DNA of 64,000 bases from Gemmatimonadota bacterium. Lineage in GTDB: Bacteria > Gemmatimonadota > Gemmatimonadetes > Gemmatimonadales > GWC2-71-9. Location: assembly GCA_039588055.1 (NCBI GenBank), contig JBDHAN010000003.1, positions 8,249-72,248 on the forward strand, read 5' to 3'. Positions 1-9,192 of this stretch are shown here, piece after piece. A program made the position numbers and the translations under genes. Each line of letters opens with the position of its first letter. Within the stretch, counting starts at the first letter, position 1. The notes under the pieces were generated by a model that ran no database searches, was not told where the DNA came from, and saw nothing but the letters and a program-made list of their open reading frames with translations.

Positions 1-1
1 C

Positions 2-1048
2 GAACCGCGGGCGCCCCCCCAAGACGTGCGAGTGTGCGCCGGCGGAGACGTTCTACTCGGTAACAACCTGGACTCTGCGTGGGCGCAGCGGGCGAGCCAG
101 CGCCTGGGTCGATCTATCACGGCCACACCTGAGCCCGGGCTCCTGCTCGACCCGCTGCGACCACTCGTGGCCGATGCCGACGTGGTGCTCCTGAACATCG
201 AGGGTGCGATTGGCGAAGGACCCGCTTCCTCGAAGTGCCGCCGCTTCGCGCGAAACTGCTATGCCTTTCGGCAGCCTACGGCTGCAGCGACCGCGCTTGC
301 CCGCCTGTTGGATGGTGCCTTGGTCGGAAATGTGGCCAACAATCACGCCATGGATGCTGGACAGTTCGGTTTTGAAGCGACGATGCGGAACCTGGGACTC
401 GCGGGTGTTCACGTGACGGGCGCCGACACGATTGGCACGATCGTAGCGACGCAAGCTGGAGACACCGTTGTCGTGCTGGGGTTCAGCACTGCGCAGGCCG
501 GACCCGATCCTCGCGATCTTGTTGCTGTGGGACGTCATGTCGCGCGCGCCGCGGAAACCCACCCTCGCGTCATCGTGACCATGCACATGGGGGCGGAGGG
601 AGTAGCCGCGCAGCGAACACCCAACGCGTCGGAACGTTACCTGGGAGAAGATCGAGGTAACACGGTTGCGTTTGCACGGCGAGCAGTCGATGCCGGCGCA
701 GCGGTCGTGTTCGGGCATGGCCCACATGTGATGCGCGGCGCCGAGTGGTACCATGGCGCATTGATCATCTACTCACTCGGCAACTTGCTCACATACGGTC
801 CCTTCTCACTCAGCGAGCCGTTGAATCGTGGAGGCCTTGCCTGTGTTGCGCTCGACAGGAGAGGAACGGTGACGAGCGCTGTCTTCCGCTCGACTCGACA
901 GGAACCACCTGGAATCCTGCGGTGGGACCCGACAGGACGCGCAGCGTGGCTCGTCGATTCGTTGAGCCAGTTGGACTTTCCGGAGACCGCCGCCACGCTG
1001 TCTGGCGAAGCCGTCATCCACGCGCCTGGCTCGGCCTGGAGACCGTAA
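2..1048 (+). CDS. CapA/PGA_cap family metallophosphatase-fold protein (probably 5' truncated by the window edge)
   Basis: Motifs GGDVLLG, LNIEG, ANNHAMD, MHMGAE, GHGPHV, YSLGN. Frame is open from base 2. Confidence 0.85.
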   Translation, partial: EPRAPPQDVRVCAGGDVLLGNNLDSAWAQRASQRLGRSITATPEPGLLLDPLRPLVADADVVLLNIEGAIGEGPASSKCRRFARNCYAFRQPTAAATALARLLDGALVGNVANNHAMDAGQFGFEATMRNLGLAGVHVTGADTIGTIVATQAGDTVVVLGFSTAQAGPDPRDLVAVGRHVARAAETHPRVIVTMHMGAEGVAAQRTPNASERYLGEDRGNTVAFARRAVDAGAAVVFGHGPHVMRGAEWYHGALIIYSLGNLLTYGPFSLSEPLNRGGLACVALDRRGTVTSAVFRSTRQEPPGILRWDPTGRAAWLVDSLSQLDFPETAATLSGEAVIHAPGSAWRP

Positions 1049-1051
1049 CGC

Positions 1052-1996
1052 TTAGGTGCGGTTGGCGTTCGCGGCGGCGATGTGAGCGTTACGGCGGAGA
1101 CCCTCGGGCCCAGGTCGCTCGAGAGGCGTCCACCCGTAGCGCACGGCGAACTCCTTGTCCGACTGGTCGATCAGTTCTGCAAGGTCGAGATGCTCGAGCG
1201 CTGCGTCGAGTTCGAGTGTGAGGTCGGCAGCAGCGGTGGCGAACTTGTGATTCCAGGGACACACATCTTGGCAGAGGTCACACCCGAAGACCCAGTTCTG
1301 CATGCGCGGCTGGAGGTCATGCGAGATCTCGCCGCGGTGCTCGATAGTCAGGTACGAGATGCAGTGTCGGCTATCCAGGACCCGTGGCGAGGGAAAGGCT
1401 GCTGTCGGACACACGTCGAGGCAGCGCCGGCACGTCCCACATCGATCGGCCTCGTACGGCGGATCGACGGTGATATCCAGGTTCGTGAGCACGCTGGCGA
1501 GAAAAATGAACGACCCGTGCTTGGGGTCGATGAGCATGGTGTTTTTGCCGATCCAGCCCAGTCCGGCGCGCTGAGCAAGTTCCCGTTCGGGCACGGGGCC
1601 GGCATCCACAAACCAGCGAGCGACGGTACCAGCGTCACCGTGTGAGCGAACAAACTCCGTGAGGCGTTCCAATGGCGCCGCCAGAACGTTGTGATAGTCA
1701 CGTCCGCGGGCGTACTTCGCGACGTGCCCTCGCTCGCGATCTGGGGTTGCGTCAGCAGTGTAGTGATTTCTGCTGACGACAATGGCGCGGGTCGCACCAT
1801 CGAGAATGGTATTCGGCTCGAGCCGTCTCGATCGCTGACGGTGCATATAACCCATGGTGGCCGCCATTCCGGCCTCCAGCCACCGCACGAGGGACTCGCC
1901 GTGCGGTGGTGGCGAGAGGTCAGTAACACCGACGGATTGGAAGCCGAGCTCCCGTGCGAACCGCTTGATTCGTCGGGCTTTGCCCTCAGGCGTCAT
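1052..1996 (-). CDS. queG: tRNA epoxyqueuosine(34) reductase
   Basis: YARGRDYH, VDAGPVPER, GWIGKN, CGTCRRCLDVCP, CISYLTIE, GCDLCQDVCPWN. ATG at 1996 overlaps the upstream stop (ATGA). Confidence 0.95.
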   Translation of the reverse strand: MTPEGKARRIKRFARELGFQSVGVTDLSPPPHGESLVRWLEAGMAATMGYMHRQRSRRLEPNTILDGATRAIVVSRNHYTADATPDRERGHVAKYARGRDYHNVLAAPLERLTEFVRSHGDAGTVARWFVDAGPVPERELAQRAGLGWIGKNTMLIDPKHGSFIFLASVLTNLDITVDPPYEADRCGTCRRCLDVCPTAAFPSPRVLDSRHCISYLTIEHRGEISHDLQPRMQNWVFGCDLCQDVCPWNHKFATAAADLTLELDAALEHLDLAELIDQSDKEFAVRYGWTPLERPGPEGLRRNAHIAAANANRT

Positions 1997-2256
1997 AGCC
2001 GCATGAGCTGTCGCCGCCAACGAGCGAAGCGAACAAGGTCTTCGACAGGCGGCACTGCGTTCTCGTCACCGTAGGCCGTGTACATTCGCCAGCGCATGTA
2101 ATCCCTGGGCGGGAGTGGCAGGAAGGGACCCCGGCGATACCACTGGCGAGCCCGAAACGACCAAGCGAGTCGCAAAAGATCGATGGCGAGGCGCGGGTTG
2201 AGTGCGGACCGAGCAATCAGCGCCATCGTCAGTCTCAGCCAACTCTGACTTCGCAC
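1993..2256 (-). CDS. Small hypothetical protein (PFLPLPPxxYxxWRxxTAYG)
   Basis: Protein-like composition and coupled to the queG start. GTG start at 2256 is uncertain. Confidence 0.65.
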   Translation of the reverse strand: MRSQSWLRLTMALIARSALNPRLAIDLLRLAWSFRARQWYRRGPFLPLPPRDYMRWRMYTAYGDENAVPPVEDLVRFARWRRQLMRL

Positions 2257-2268
2257 GGCGGTTTGCTC

Positions 2269-2526
2269 ATGGACGCGATCTTGCAATTGCTCTCACTTGT
2301 CGGTGCCGCGCTCGTGCTGGGCGCCTACGTCGCGCTGCAGAAGCGATGGTGGACGAGCACCGGCGCAGCGTATCTGTGTGCGAATTTGCTCGGTGCGTTG
2401 TTTCTGACGGCTGTTGCCACCATCGACCGTCGAGTCGGCTTCATCGTACTCGAGGCCACCTGGGCGCTCGTGAGTTTGACATCGCTCGTGCGGCGCCCTG
2501 CACGAGACGGTGTACAACAAAACTGA
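2269..2526 (+). CDS. Small three-TM membrane protein (CBU_0592-like)
   Basis: Hydrophobic, with GAALVLGAY, YLCANLLG and GFIVLE..W pattern. Confidence 0.75.
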   Translation: MDAILQLLSLVGAALVLGAYVALQKRWWTSTGAAYLCANLLGALFLTAVATIDRRVGFIVLEATWALVSLTSLVRRPARDGVQQN

Positions 2527-2559
2527 CCGCCCCCGCAACATACTTGTATATTGGCGCCT

Positions 2560-3711
2560 ATGTCAGTCGCGAGCACAGCCGAAGCACACCCGCTTGCCCG
2601 GTATCGAGGGGAATTCCCAATCTTCGAGCGCGCAACGTATTTGAACACGTGCTCGCTTGGAGCGCTGTCCACCCGCTCGCGTGAAAAGGTCGTTGCCTTT
2701 CTCGACGAATGGCAGGCGCGAGGAGCGCCCGCGTGGTACGACGTGTGGTGGGAGGCGTTGGCCGATCTCCGACGCAGGTACGCACGAACCATCGGTGCAG
2801 CGGAGCCGGAAATTGCTCTGCACGCGTCCGTGTCGACGGCGACAGCGATGATCGCTGGCGTGCTGGACTATACGCAGCGACCAAAGATCGTGACGACAGC
2901 CTTGGACTTCCCGACGGTTGCCTACCAGTGGTTGGCAAAGCACGCGTCGGGCATTGAGGTGGAGGTGGTCGACAGCCCGGACGGCGTGCGGGTTCCTCCT
3001 GAAGCAATTGCCCGTGCGGTCGACGAGCGAACGGCGTTGGTCGCTACCTCACATGTGTATTTCACCACCGGATGGATTCAGGACATCGCGGCGATTGCGG
3101 AGATCTCACATAGAAGGGGCGCCCTGTGCCTGGTGGACGCATATCAGAGCGTGGGACAGCTTCCGCTCGACGTGCACGCATCAGGCGTGGACTTCTTGTG
3201 TGCGGGCGGGCTCAAGTGGTTATTGGGTGGTCCGGGGATCGTGTTCCTCTATGTTCGGGACGATCTGATTCCCCAATTCGCGCCCAGCGTCACGGGGTGG
3301 TTCGCCCATGCTCGCCAGTTCGAGTTCGATCCCCGGACGATTGCTTGGCACGACGATGCCCGCCGTTTCGAGCAGGGAACGCCGGCTCTCGCAGCCGTCC
3401 ACGCACAACTGGGTGGGCTCGACGTGATCGAAGAAATCGGCGTTCCCCGGATTTCCGAGATTACGCGCGGGCTGACGGACGATCTCATCGCAAAGGCCAC
3501 TGCCGCCGGCCTGAGCCCACGCGTCGCGTCAGCGGCGACCGAGCGTTCTGCCATCGTGATGATTCCTCGGGCCGATCCCGCAGCCGCGGTCCGTCAATTG
3601 GCGGAGGCGGGAATCGTCGTGGATGCCCGGCCGGGACATGTTCGGATTTCTCCTTTCTTCTACAACGTGCCTGATGACCATGACAGAGCAATCGCAATCC
3701 TCGCTGCCTGA
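2560..3711 (+). CDS. Class V PLP-dependent aminotransferase (kynureninase/cysteine desulfurase-like)
   Basis: YLNTCSLG, DAYQSVG, GGLKWLLGGPG (PLP lysine), RFEQGTP, RISPFFYN. Confidence 0.9.
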   Translation: MSVASTAEAHPLARYRGEFPIFERATYLNTCSLGALSTRSREKVVAFLDEWQARGAPAWYDVWWEALADLRRRYARTIGAAEPEIALHASVSTATAMIAGVLDYTQRPKIVTTALDFPTVAYQWLAKHASGIEVEVVDSPDGVRVPPEAIARAVDERTALVATSHVYFTTGWIQDIAAIAEISHRRGALCLVDAYQSVGQLPLDVHASGVDFLCAGGLKWLLGGPGIVFLYVRDDLIPQFAPSVTGWFAHARQFEFDPRTIAWHDDARRFEQGTPALAAVHAQLGGLDVIEEIGVPRISEITRGLTDDLIAKATAAGLSPRVASAATERSAIVMIPRADPAAAVRQLAEAGIVVDARPGHVRISPFFYNVPDDHDRAIAILAA

Positions 3712-4435
3712 ACCGCAGCACCAGAAGCGTGCCCTACGCGTCACCGCTGATGAGCGGCTCTTTGTCTCGCCGCACCTCGAAGGGGTGCCATTTACTCACA
3801 CGGACCCCTGGCGCGTGCTGCGGATCATGGGTGAGTTCGTCTCAGGCTTCGAAGAGCTGGCGGAACTCGGGCCAGCGGTGACGGTCTTCGGGTCGGCACG
3901 CTCCAAGCCCACGGACCCCGCCTACTTAGCGGCGACCGAAACCGCACGGCGGTTGGGAAAGGAAGGATTCACGGTTCTGACCGGTGCGGGGCCGGGGATC
4001 ATGGAGGCGGCCAACAAAGGGGCGAGCGAGGTCGGGGCCCCGTCCATCGGCCTGAACATCGAGTTGCCGGAAGAACAGTACGCCAACCCGTACTTGGACC
4101 GGGTAGTCGATTTCCGGTACTTCTTCGTTCGGAAGACGATGTTGGTGAAGTACTCAAGTGCATTCATCATCTTTCCCGGCGGCTTCGGCACCCTGGACGA
4201 GCTCTTCGAGTCACTGACCCTTATTCAGACCGGAAAAGTACGATTCATGCCGGTCGTGTTGTTCGGAAGCGGCTATTGGACAGGGCTCCTAGACTGGATG
4301 AAGGGCACGCTCGCAGCCCAGGGCAAGATCGCAGCGAGCGATCTGGACATTTTCAAAGTGGTGGACGACCCGGACGACGTGGTGCGCCTGGTGGTGGAGG
4401 CCCGAGATCGACGGTCGGATGATCTCATTCCCTAG
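3674..4435 (+). CDS. LOG family (TIGR00730) nucleotide monophosphate nucleosidase
   Basis: VFGSAR, TGAGPGIMEAAN, FFVRK, PGGFGTLDE. Overlaps the upstream CDS by 38 nt. Confidence 0.92.
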   Translation: MTMTEQSQSSLPEPQHQKRALRVTADERLFVSPHLEGVPFTHTDPWRVLRIMGEFVSGFEELAELGPAVTVFGSARSKPTDPAYLAATETARRLGKEGFTVLTGAGPGIMEAANKGASEVGAPSIGLNIELPEEQYANPYLDRVVDFRYFFVRKTMLVKYSSAFIIFPGGFGTLDELFESLTLIQTGKVRFMPVVLFGSGYWTGLLDWMKGTLAAQGKIAASDLDIFKVVDDPDDVVRLVVEARDRRSDDLIP

Positions 4436-4459
4436 AAGACGACTGGCGAGGACGCGCTA

Positions 4460-5605
4460 ATGAGTGACAGGAAGCGAGCGATTCTGGCAGGTCAGGCCAT
4501 CAGTCCGCGGCCGATCACAGGGACGGAGACCGTGGTTGAGCTGATGGACGACGCCTTTCTGGCCTACAATGCCGGTCGACTGCGCGAGGGGGCACAGCTC
4601 TTTGTCGAGCGGATGCTCGCCGGCGATGGCACCGTGGGTGTAAGTCTCACGGGTGCGATGACACCTGCGGGACTCGGCATGTCCTCGATCATTCCCCTCA
4701 TCGAAGCGGGATTCGTGGACTGGATCGTGTCGACCGGAGCGAACCTGTATCACGATTGCCACTTCGCGTTGGGGTTCTCCATGCATCGGGGCACCCCGTA
4801 CGCCGACGACATCGACCTGCGTGAGCAGGGCGTGGTGAGGATTTACGACGTTTTCTTCGATTATGCGGTGCTGCTGCAGACCGACGAGTTCCTGCGACGG
4901 GTCTCGCAGCAACAGGAGTTTCAGCGCAGCATGAGCTCGGCGGAGTACCACTACTTGTTGGGCAAGTACGTGCGGGCGCGCGAGCAGAAACTGGGACTCA
5001 CGCACAAGTCGCTCTTGGCGATCGCGTATGAACATGCCGTCCCCATCTACACATCGTCGCCAGGTGACTCCTCCATCGGTATGAACGTGGCGGAACTCCA
5101 ACTGGACGGCTATGCCCTGGCGTACGATGTCTCTGCTGATGTGAACGAGACCGCCGCCATCGTGCTGGATGCGAAGCGTGACGGCGGTACGAGCGGAGTG
5201 CTGATCATCGGTGGGGGCAGCCCCAAGAACTTTGTGCTCCAGACCGAGCCACAAATCCAGGAGGTGCTCGGCATCGAAGAGCGGGGCCACGACTACTATC
5301 TGCAGATCACTGACGCGCGCGTGGATACCGGCGGTCTCTCCGGTGCCACGCCGGCCGAAGCGGTGAGCTGGGGCAAAGTCGATCCGGACCAGCTACCGGA
5401 TGCCGTCGTGTGCTATCTCGACAGTACGGTGGGGCTGCCCCTCTTGGCCGCCTACGCGTTAGGGAAACGAAAGCCGCGTGCGCAGAAGCGGCTGTTCGAT
5501 CGACGCTCGGAGATGCTCGACCGTCTGCGCGCCGCGTATCATTCCGCGCGCGACTTTCGGGATCAACGCGCGCGGGGAGCGGCGCTTCCCGACGTCGACG
5601 CCTAG
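4460..5605 (+). CDS. Deoxyhypusine synthase-like protein (probable homospermidine synthesis, SpeY-like)
   Basis: [33 protein letters not shown] (active-site Lys). Confidence 0.88.
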   Translation: MSDRKRAILAGQAISPRPITGTETVVELMDDAFLAYNAGRLREGAQLFVERMLAGDGTVGVSLTGAMTPAGLGMSSIIPLIEAGFVDWIVSTGANLYHDCHFALGFSMHRGTPYADDIDLREQGVVRIYDVFFDYAVLLQTDEFLRRVSQQQEFQRSMSSAEYHYLLGKYVRAREQKLGLTHKSLLAIAYEHAVPIYTSSPGDSSIGMNVAELQLDGYALAYDVSADVNETAAIVLDAKRDGGTSGVLIIGGGSPKNFVLQTEPQIQEVLGIEERGHDYYLQITDARVDTGGLSGATPAEAVSWGKVDPDQLPDAVVCYLDSTVGLPLLAAYALGKRKPRAQKRLFDRRSEMLDRLRAAYHSARDFRDQRARGAALPDVDA

Positions 5606-5611
5606 GTCGGC

Positions 5612-7276
5612 TTACTCCGTCGCGCTACGGACCTCGGCTCGGAACGCGACACGTTGCTCGGTCTCGAAGCGGTAGGCGGCCAGTTCCGCGTTTCGCCGGT
5701 CAGGATCCCAATCCATCTCACCGCTGGCGAGGTCGGCGATCACCGGCGCGATCTCCAGAATCCGCTCGGGGGCCACATAGAACAAGTGCGTGCGGCGTAT
5801 GAGGAGATCGCCCAGTGTGATCGCCATCTCGCGGCGCATGGCGTGAACAAGCTCGGCCCAGAGGGTCGGGTGGTCGTCCACCACGGGCTGGGCGAGCTGC
5901 GGGTCCGACTGCGCGAGACGAGCGACCGCCGGTGTCTCGCTGCCGTAAGTGTGGACGAGGTGTGTGGCAGTTTCTCTGTCAAATCCCTCCACGACCGTTG
6001 ACTCGATGAGGACGTCGAGATCTCGGGCTTCACCGCCCGGCAACGGTTCTCGATCCGTCGGTGCGCGGGGGCTCACCGTTCGACCATCATGCTCATGCAA
6101 CCGTCGGGCGACGTAGTCGACGAGCTCAGCGGCCATGGATCGATATGTCGTGAGCTTCCCACCGACGATCGAGATGAGGCCTTCGTCGTTCTCGACGATG
6201 TGATGCTCCCGTGAGACTGCGTTGGGATCCTCGGTATCGGCGGCGCGCACGAGGGGACGGATTCCCGCCCAGGTCGCCTTCACGTCGATTGCTGTGAGGC
6301 GTGCTTCCGGGAACACCGCGTTGACCGACCTGAGGAGGTAGATGACATCTTCGGCGCTCGCCGTAACGGTCTCGGGTGGACCCGTAAACTCGCTTTCCGT
6401 GGTCCCGATGTACGTGAGACATCCCCACGGAACGACGAACATGACGCGGCCATCCAGTGGCGAGATGTGGGTGACGGCCTCGCGGTTGCCAAGACGCTCC
6501 CGCGAAACGACGACGTGCACCCCTTTGGTCCGGTGCAACAGAGGTCGATCTTCGGTGCCCTGGATGGCGTCCGACCATGGTCCGGTGGCGTTTACGACCG
6601 CCGCGGCGTGGACTGTAGTTTCCTTCTCGGTCACCAGGTCGGTGATTCTCGCGCCGCCGACCCTCCCTGCCGCCACGTCGAGGTGGTTCACCCGCACATA
6701 GTTGGCGACGAGAGCGCCATGCCGATGGGCGTCACGCACGTTTGCCAGTGCCAGTCGGGCGTCGTCGCACTGTGCGTCGTAGTAGCGCGCTCCGCCGAGC
6801 AGGTCCTTGGCTCGGAGGCCCGGCTCGGCTCGTAGGAGGGCCCGCTTGCTCAGCATCCGATGCTGGCGCACATTCCGGAAGAGCGCGAGCAGGTCGTAGA
6901 GCCAGAGGCCAGCGGCGAGCCTCCAGCGGGGGACACGTGACCCCCGATGAATCGGAAACAGGAAGGATCGCGGCCAGACGAGGTGAGGGGCGATCCGGAG
7001 CAGCGTTCGTCGCTCGCGACAGGCTTCGAAGACCAGCCTGAGGTGGCCGTGTTCGAGGTACCGGAGACCTCCGTGAATGAGGCGGGAACTACGGGAACTG
7101 GTACCCGAGCCGAAATCGCCCTGCTCGACAAGCGCAGTGCGGAGCCCGCGCATGGCAGCGTCGCGCGCGATTCCGGCCCCGGTCGCGCCGCCGCCAATGA
7201 TGAGAAGGTCCAGGGGCTCGCCGGCCATCCGTTCGAGAGCGCCGGTGCGAGTGCGGTAGGAAAAAGGAGCGTCCAT
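5612..7276 (-). CDS. glpD: FAD-dependent glycerol-3-phosphate dehydrogenase
   Basis: IGGGATGAG, GTSSRSSRLIHGGLRYLE, DDARL, GGKLTTYR. Confidence 0.93.
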   Translation of the reverse strand: MDAPFSYRTRTGALERMAGEPLDLLIIGGGATGAGIARDAAMRGLRTALVEQGDFGSGTSSRSSRLIHGGLRYLEHGHLRLVFEACRERRTLLRIAPHLVWPRSFLFPIHRGSRVPRWRLAAGLWLYDLLALFRNVRQHRMLSKRALLRAEPGLRAKDLLGGARYYDAQCDDARLALANVRDAHRHGALVANYVRVNHLDVAAGRVGGARITDLVTEKETTVHAAAVVNATGPWSDAIQGTEDRPLLHRTKGVHVVVSRERLGNREAVTHISPLDGRVMFVVPWGCLTYIGTTESEFTGPPETVTASAEDVIYLLRSVNAVFPEARLTAIDVKATWAGIRPLVRAADTEDPNAVSREHHIVENDEGLISIVGGKLTTYRSMAAELVDYVARRLHEHDGRTVSPRAPTDREPLPGGEARDLDVLIESTVVEGFDRETATHLVHTYGSETPAVARLAQSDPQLAQPVVDDHPTLWAELVHAMRREMAITLGDLLIRRTHLFYVAPERILEIAPVIADLASGEMDWDPDRRNAELAAYRFETEQRVAFRAEVRSATE

Positions 7277-7279
7277 TCG

Positions 7280-7822
7280 GTGTCAGCAGCGAGCGGTCGG
7301 AGTATTACCAGCACATGGTTCCAGTGGCACGCTGGCCTGATCGGGTCGGGGGTGCGGGTCCTCGACATCGCGTGTGGAGAGGGGTGTCACGCCATCGCGG
7401 CAGCGCAACGCGGAGCGAACGTGACCGCGCTCGAGGCCGACCCCGACAGGCTGCAAGAAGCTGAGCGTGCCGCCCGAAAGGCCAACGTGACGCTGGAGCT
7501 GCTGCAGTTGGACCTCGTACGCGATCCTCTGCCTGCCGGGCCGTTCGATCTGGTCATGCAGTTCGACTACTTGGACCGGGCTCGGTTGCCGGTGTTCCTC
7601 GAAGCCGTCAAGCCAGGCGGGTACTTCGAAGCCGAGATGTTTCTCGAACAGCAGCGGGAGCTTGGCTGGGGACCGACGTCGGATGAACATCTCCTGAAGC
7701 CCGGTGAGCTGTGGTCGCTCGTAGGCGACTATGAGATCGTGCTCGCGCGCGAAGTGCTGGAGACCCTCGACGGGCGGGCCAAGGCGGTCGCGAGCATTCT
7801 CGCGCGACGCCCGCCGCAATGA
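7280..7822 (+). CDS. Class I SAM-dependent methyltransferase (TehB-like)
   Basis: VLDIACGEG motif I, FDLV, KPGG. AAGGAG at 7264-7269 precedes a GTG at 7280. Confidence 0.8.
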   Translation: MSAASGRSITSTWFQWHAGLIGSGVRVLDIACGEGCHAIAAAQRGANVTALEADPDRLQEAERAARKANVTLELLQLDLVRDPLPAGPFDLVMQFDYLDRARLPVFLEAVKPGGYFEAEMFLEQQRELGWGPTSDEHLLKPGELWSLVGDYEIVLAREVLETLDGRAKAVASILARRPPQ

Positions 7823-7896
7823 CGCTCCTGCCGCTACACTGAACACAATAGGATTAGTAGCACCCAATCCCCTGCCGGACTAGCTTTCGACCACCT

Positions 7897-9192
7897 ATGC
7901 CGCAGGTACACCAAGACGGACCGCGCGTTGCGGTAGTCGCAGGATGCCGCTCCCCGTTCTGCAAGGCCGGTACCGTTCTCAAGGACGTCTCAGCGGTAGA
8001 TCTTGCACGATACACGGTTGTGGAGCTAGTCCACCGAGCCAATCTCGCAGGGAAGGAAGTCGACGAGATCTACTTCGGGCAAGTGGTTCCGAGCGCGTTG
8101 GTGCCGAACATTGCTCGTGAAGTGAGTCTGCTCCCCCAGTTTCCAGCGACCATTCCCGCAGCATCCGTGAACCGAGCGTGTGCCTCAGCAAACGCAGCGA
8201 TTGTTCTGGGTCACGATCAGATTCGGCTGGGCCATGCGAGCGTGATCATCGCTGGGGGCGCTGAGAGCCTGTCCGACGTTCCCATTCAGCACTCCAAGCG
8301 CTTTTCGGAATTGTTGGTGGGACTCAGTAAGGCGAAGAACAACCGGCAGCGGCTCAGACTGCTTGCCGGGTTCCGTCCCAAGGACCTCGTTCCGGTGTCG
8401 CCGGCGATCGCCGAGCCGTCAACAGGCGAGACGATGGGGCAGTCGGCTGAGAAGATGGCGAAGGTCAACGGCATCTCTCGGCGCGCGCAGGACGAGTTTG
8501 CACTCCGCAGCCATCAGCTAGCTCACGCAGGCGCGGAAGACGGACGACTGGTAATGGAAATCGCGCCATTCTTCCCGTCGTCAGGGGAGCCGATCACCAG
8601 CGACAACGGTATTCGGGCCAAGACGAGCTTGGACGAGATGGCCAAGCTCAAACCAGTCTTCGACCGACGGCACGGGACGGTGACAGCAGCGAATGCTTCC
8701 CCGCTGACTGATGGGGCCGCGGCCGTGCTGCTGATGAGCGAGGATGCTGCCAAGGCGCTTGGCCACGAGCCGCTTGCGTTCATCCGCTCGTATGCGGTGG
8801 CCGCGTTGGACCCGTCCGATCAACTGCTGATGGGACCGGCGTATGCCGTGCCACGCGCACTCGATCGGGCGGGAATCGCGTGGTCTGACCTTGGGCTGGT
8901 GGAGATGCACGAGGCCTTTGCCTCGCAGGTGTTGTCGAATATCCAGGCCTTCGAGTCGGCCCAATGGGCCGAAGAAAAACTGGGCCGTTCGGGTGCCGTT
9001 GGAGCGGTGGATTGGGACACGCTCAATGTGATGGGTGGCTCAATTGCTCTCGGACACCCGTTCGGCGCCACGGGAGCTCGCATCACGCTGACGCTGGCGA
9101 ACGAGATGCAACGCCGCGGCACGCAGTTTGGACTCATCTCCGTGTGTGCCCAGGGCGGTATGGGGTTCGCCATGGTGTTGGAGCGTCCATGA
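7897..9192 (+). CDS. fadI: Acetyl-CoA C-acyltransferase (thiolase), FadI type
   Basis: NRACAS, HEAFA, GHPFGATGAR, CAQGG. Coupled to a FadJ-type gene. Confidence 0.9.
   Translation: MPQVHQDGPRVAVVAGCRSPFCKAGTVLKDVSAVDLARYTVVELVHRANLAGKEVDEIYFGQVVPSALVPNIAREVSLLPQFPATIPAASVNRACASANAAIVLGHDQIRLGHASVIIAGGAESLSDVPIQHSKRFSELLVGLSKAKNNRQRLRLLAGFRPKDLVPVSPAIAEPSTGETMGQSAEKMAKVNGISRRAQDEFALRSHQLAHAGAEDGRLVMEIAPFFPSSGEPITSDNGIRAKTSLDEMAKLKPVFDRRHGTVTAANASPLTDGAAAVLLMSEDAAKALGHEPLAFIRSYAVAALDPSDQLLMGPAYAVPRALDRAGIAWSDLGLVEMHEAFASQVLSNIQAFESAQWAEEKLGRSGAVGAVDWDTLNVMGGSIALGHPFGATGARITLTLANEMQRRGTQFGLISVCAQGGMGFAMVLERP

Noticed and set aside
2-1048. Poly-gamma-glutamate capsule locus
   Set aside because: No capB/capC in the window, and stand-alone CapA-domain genes are common. 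The upstream context is not visible.
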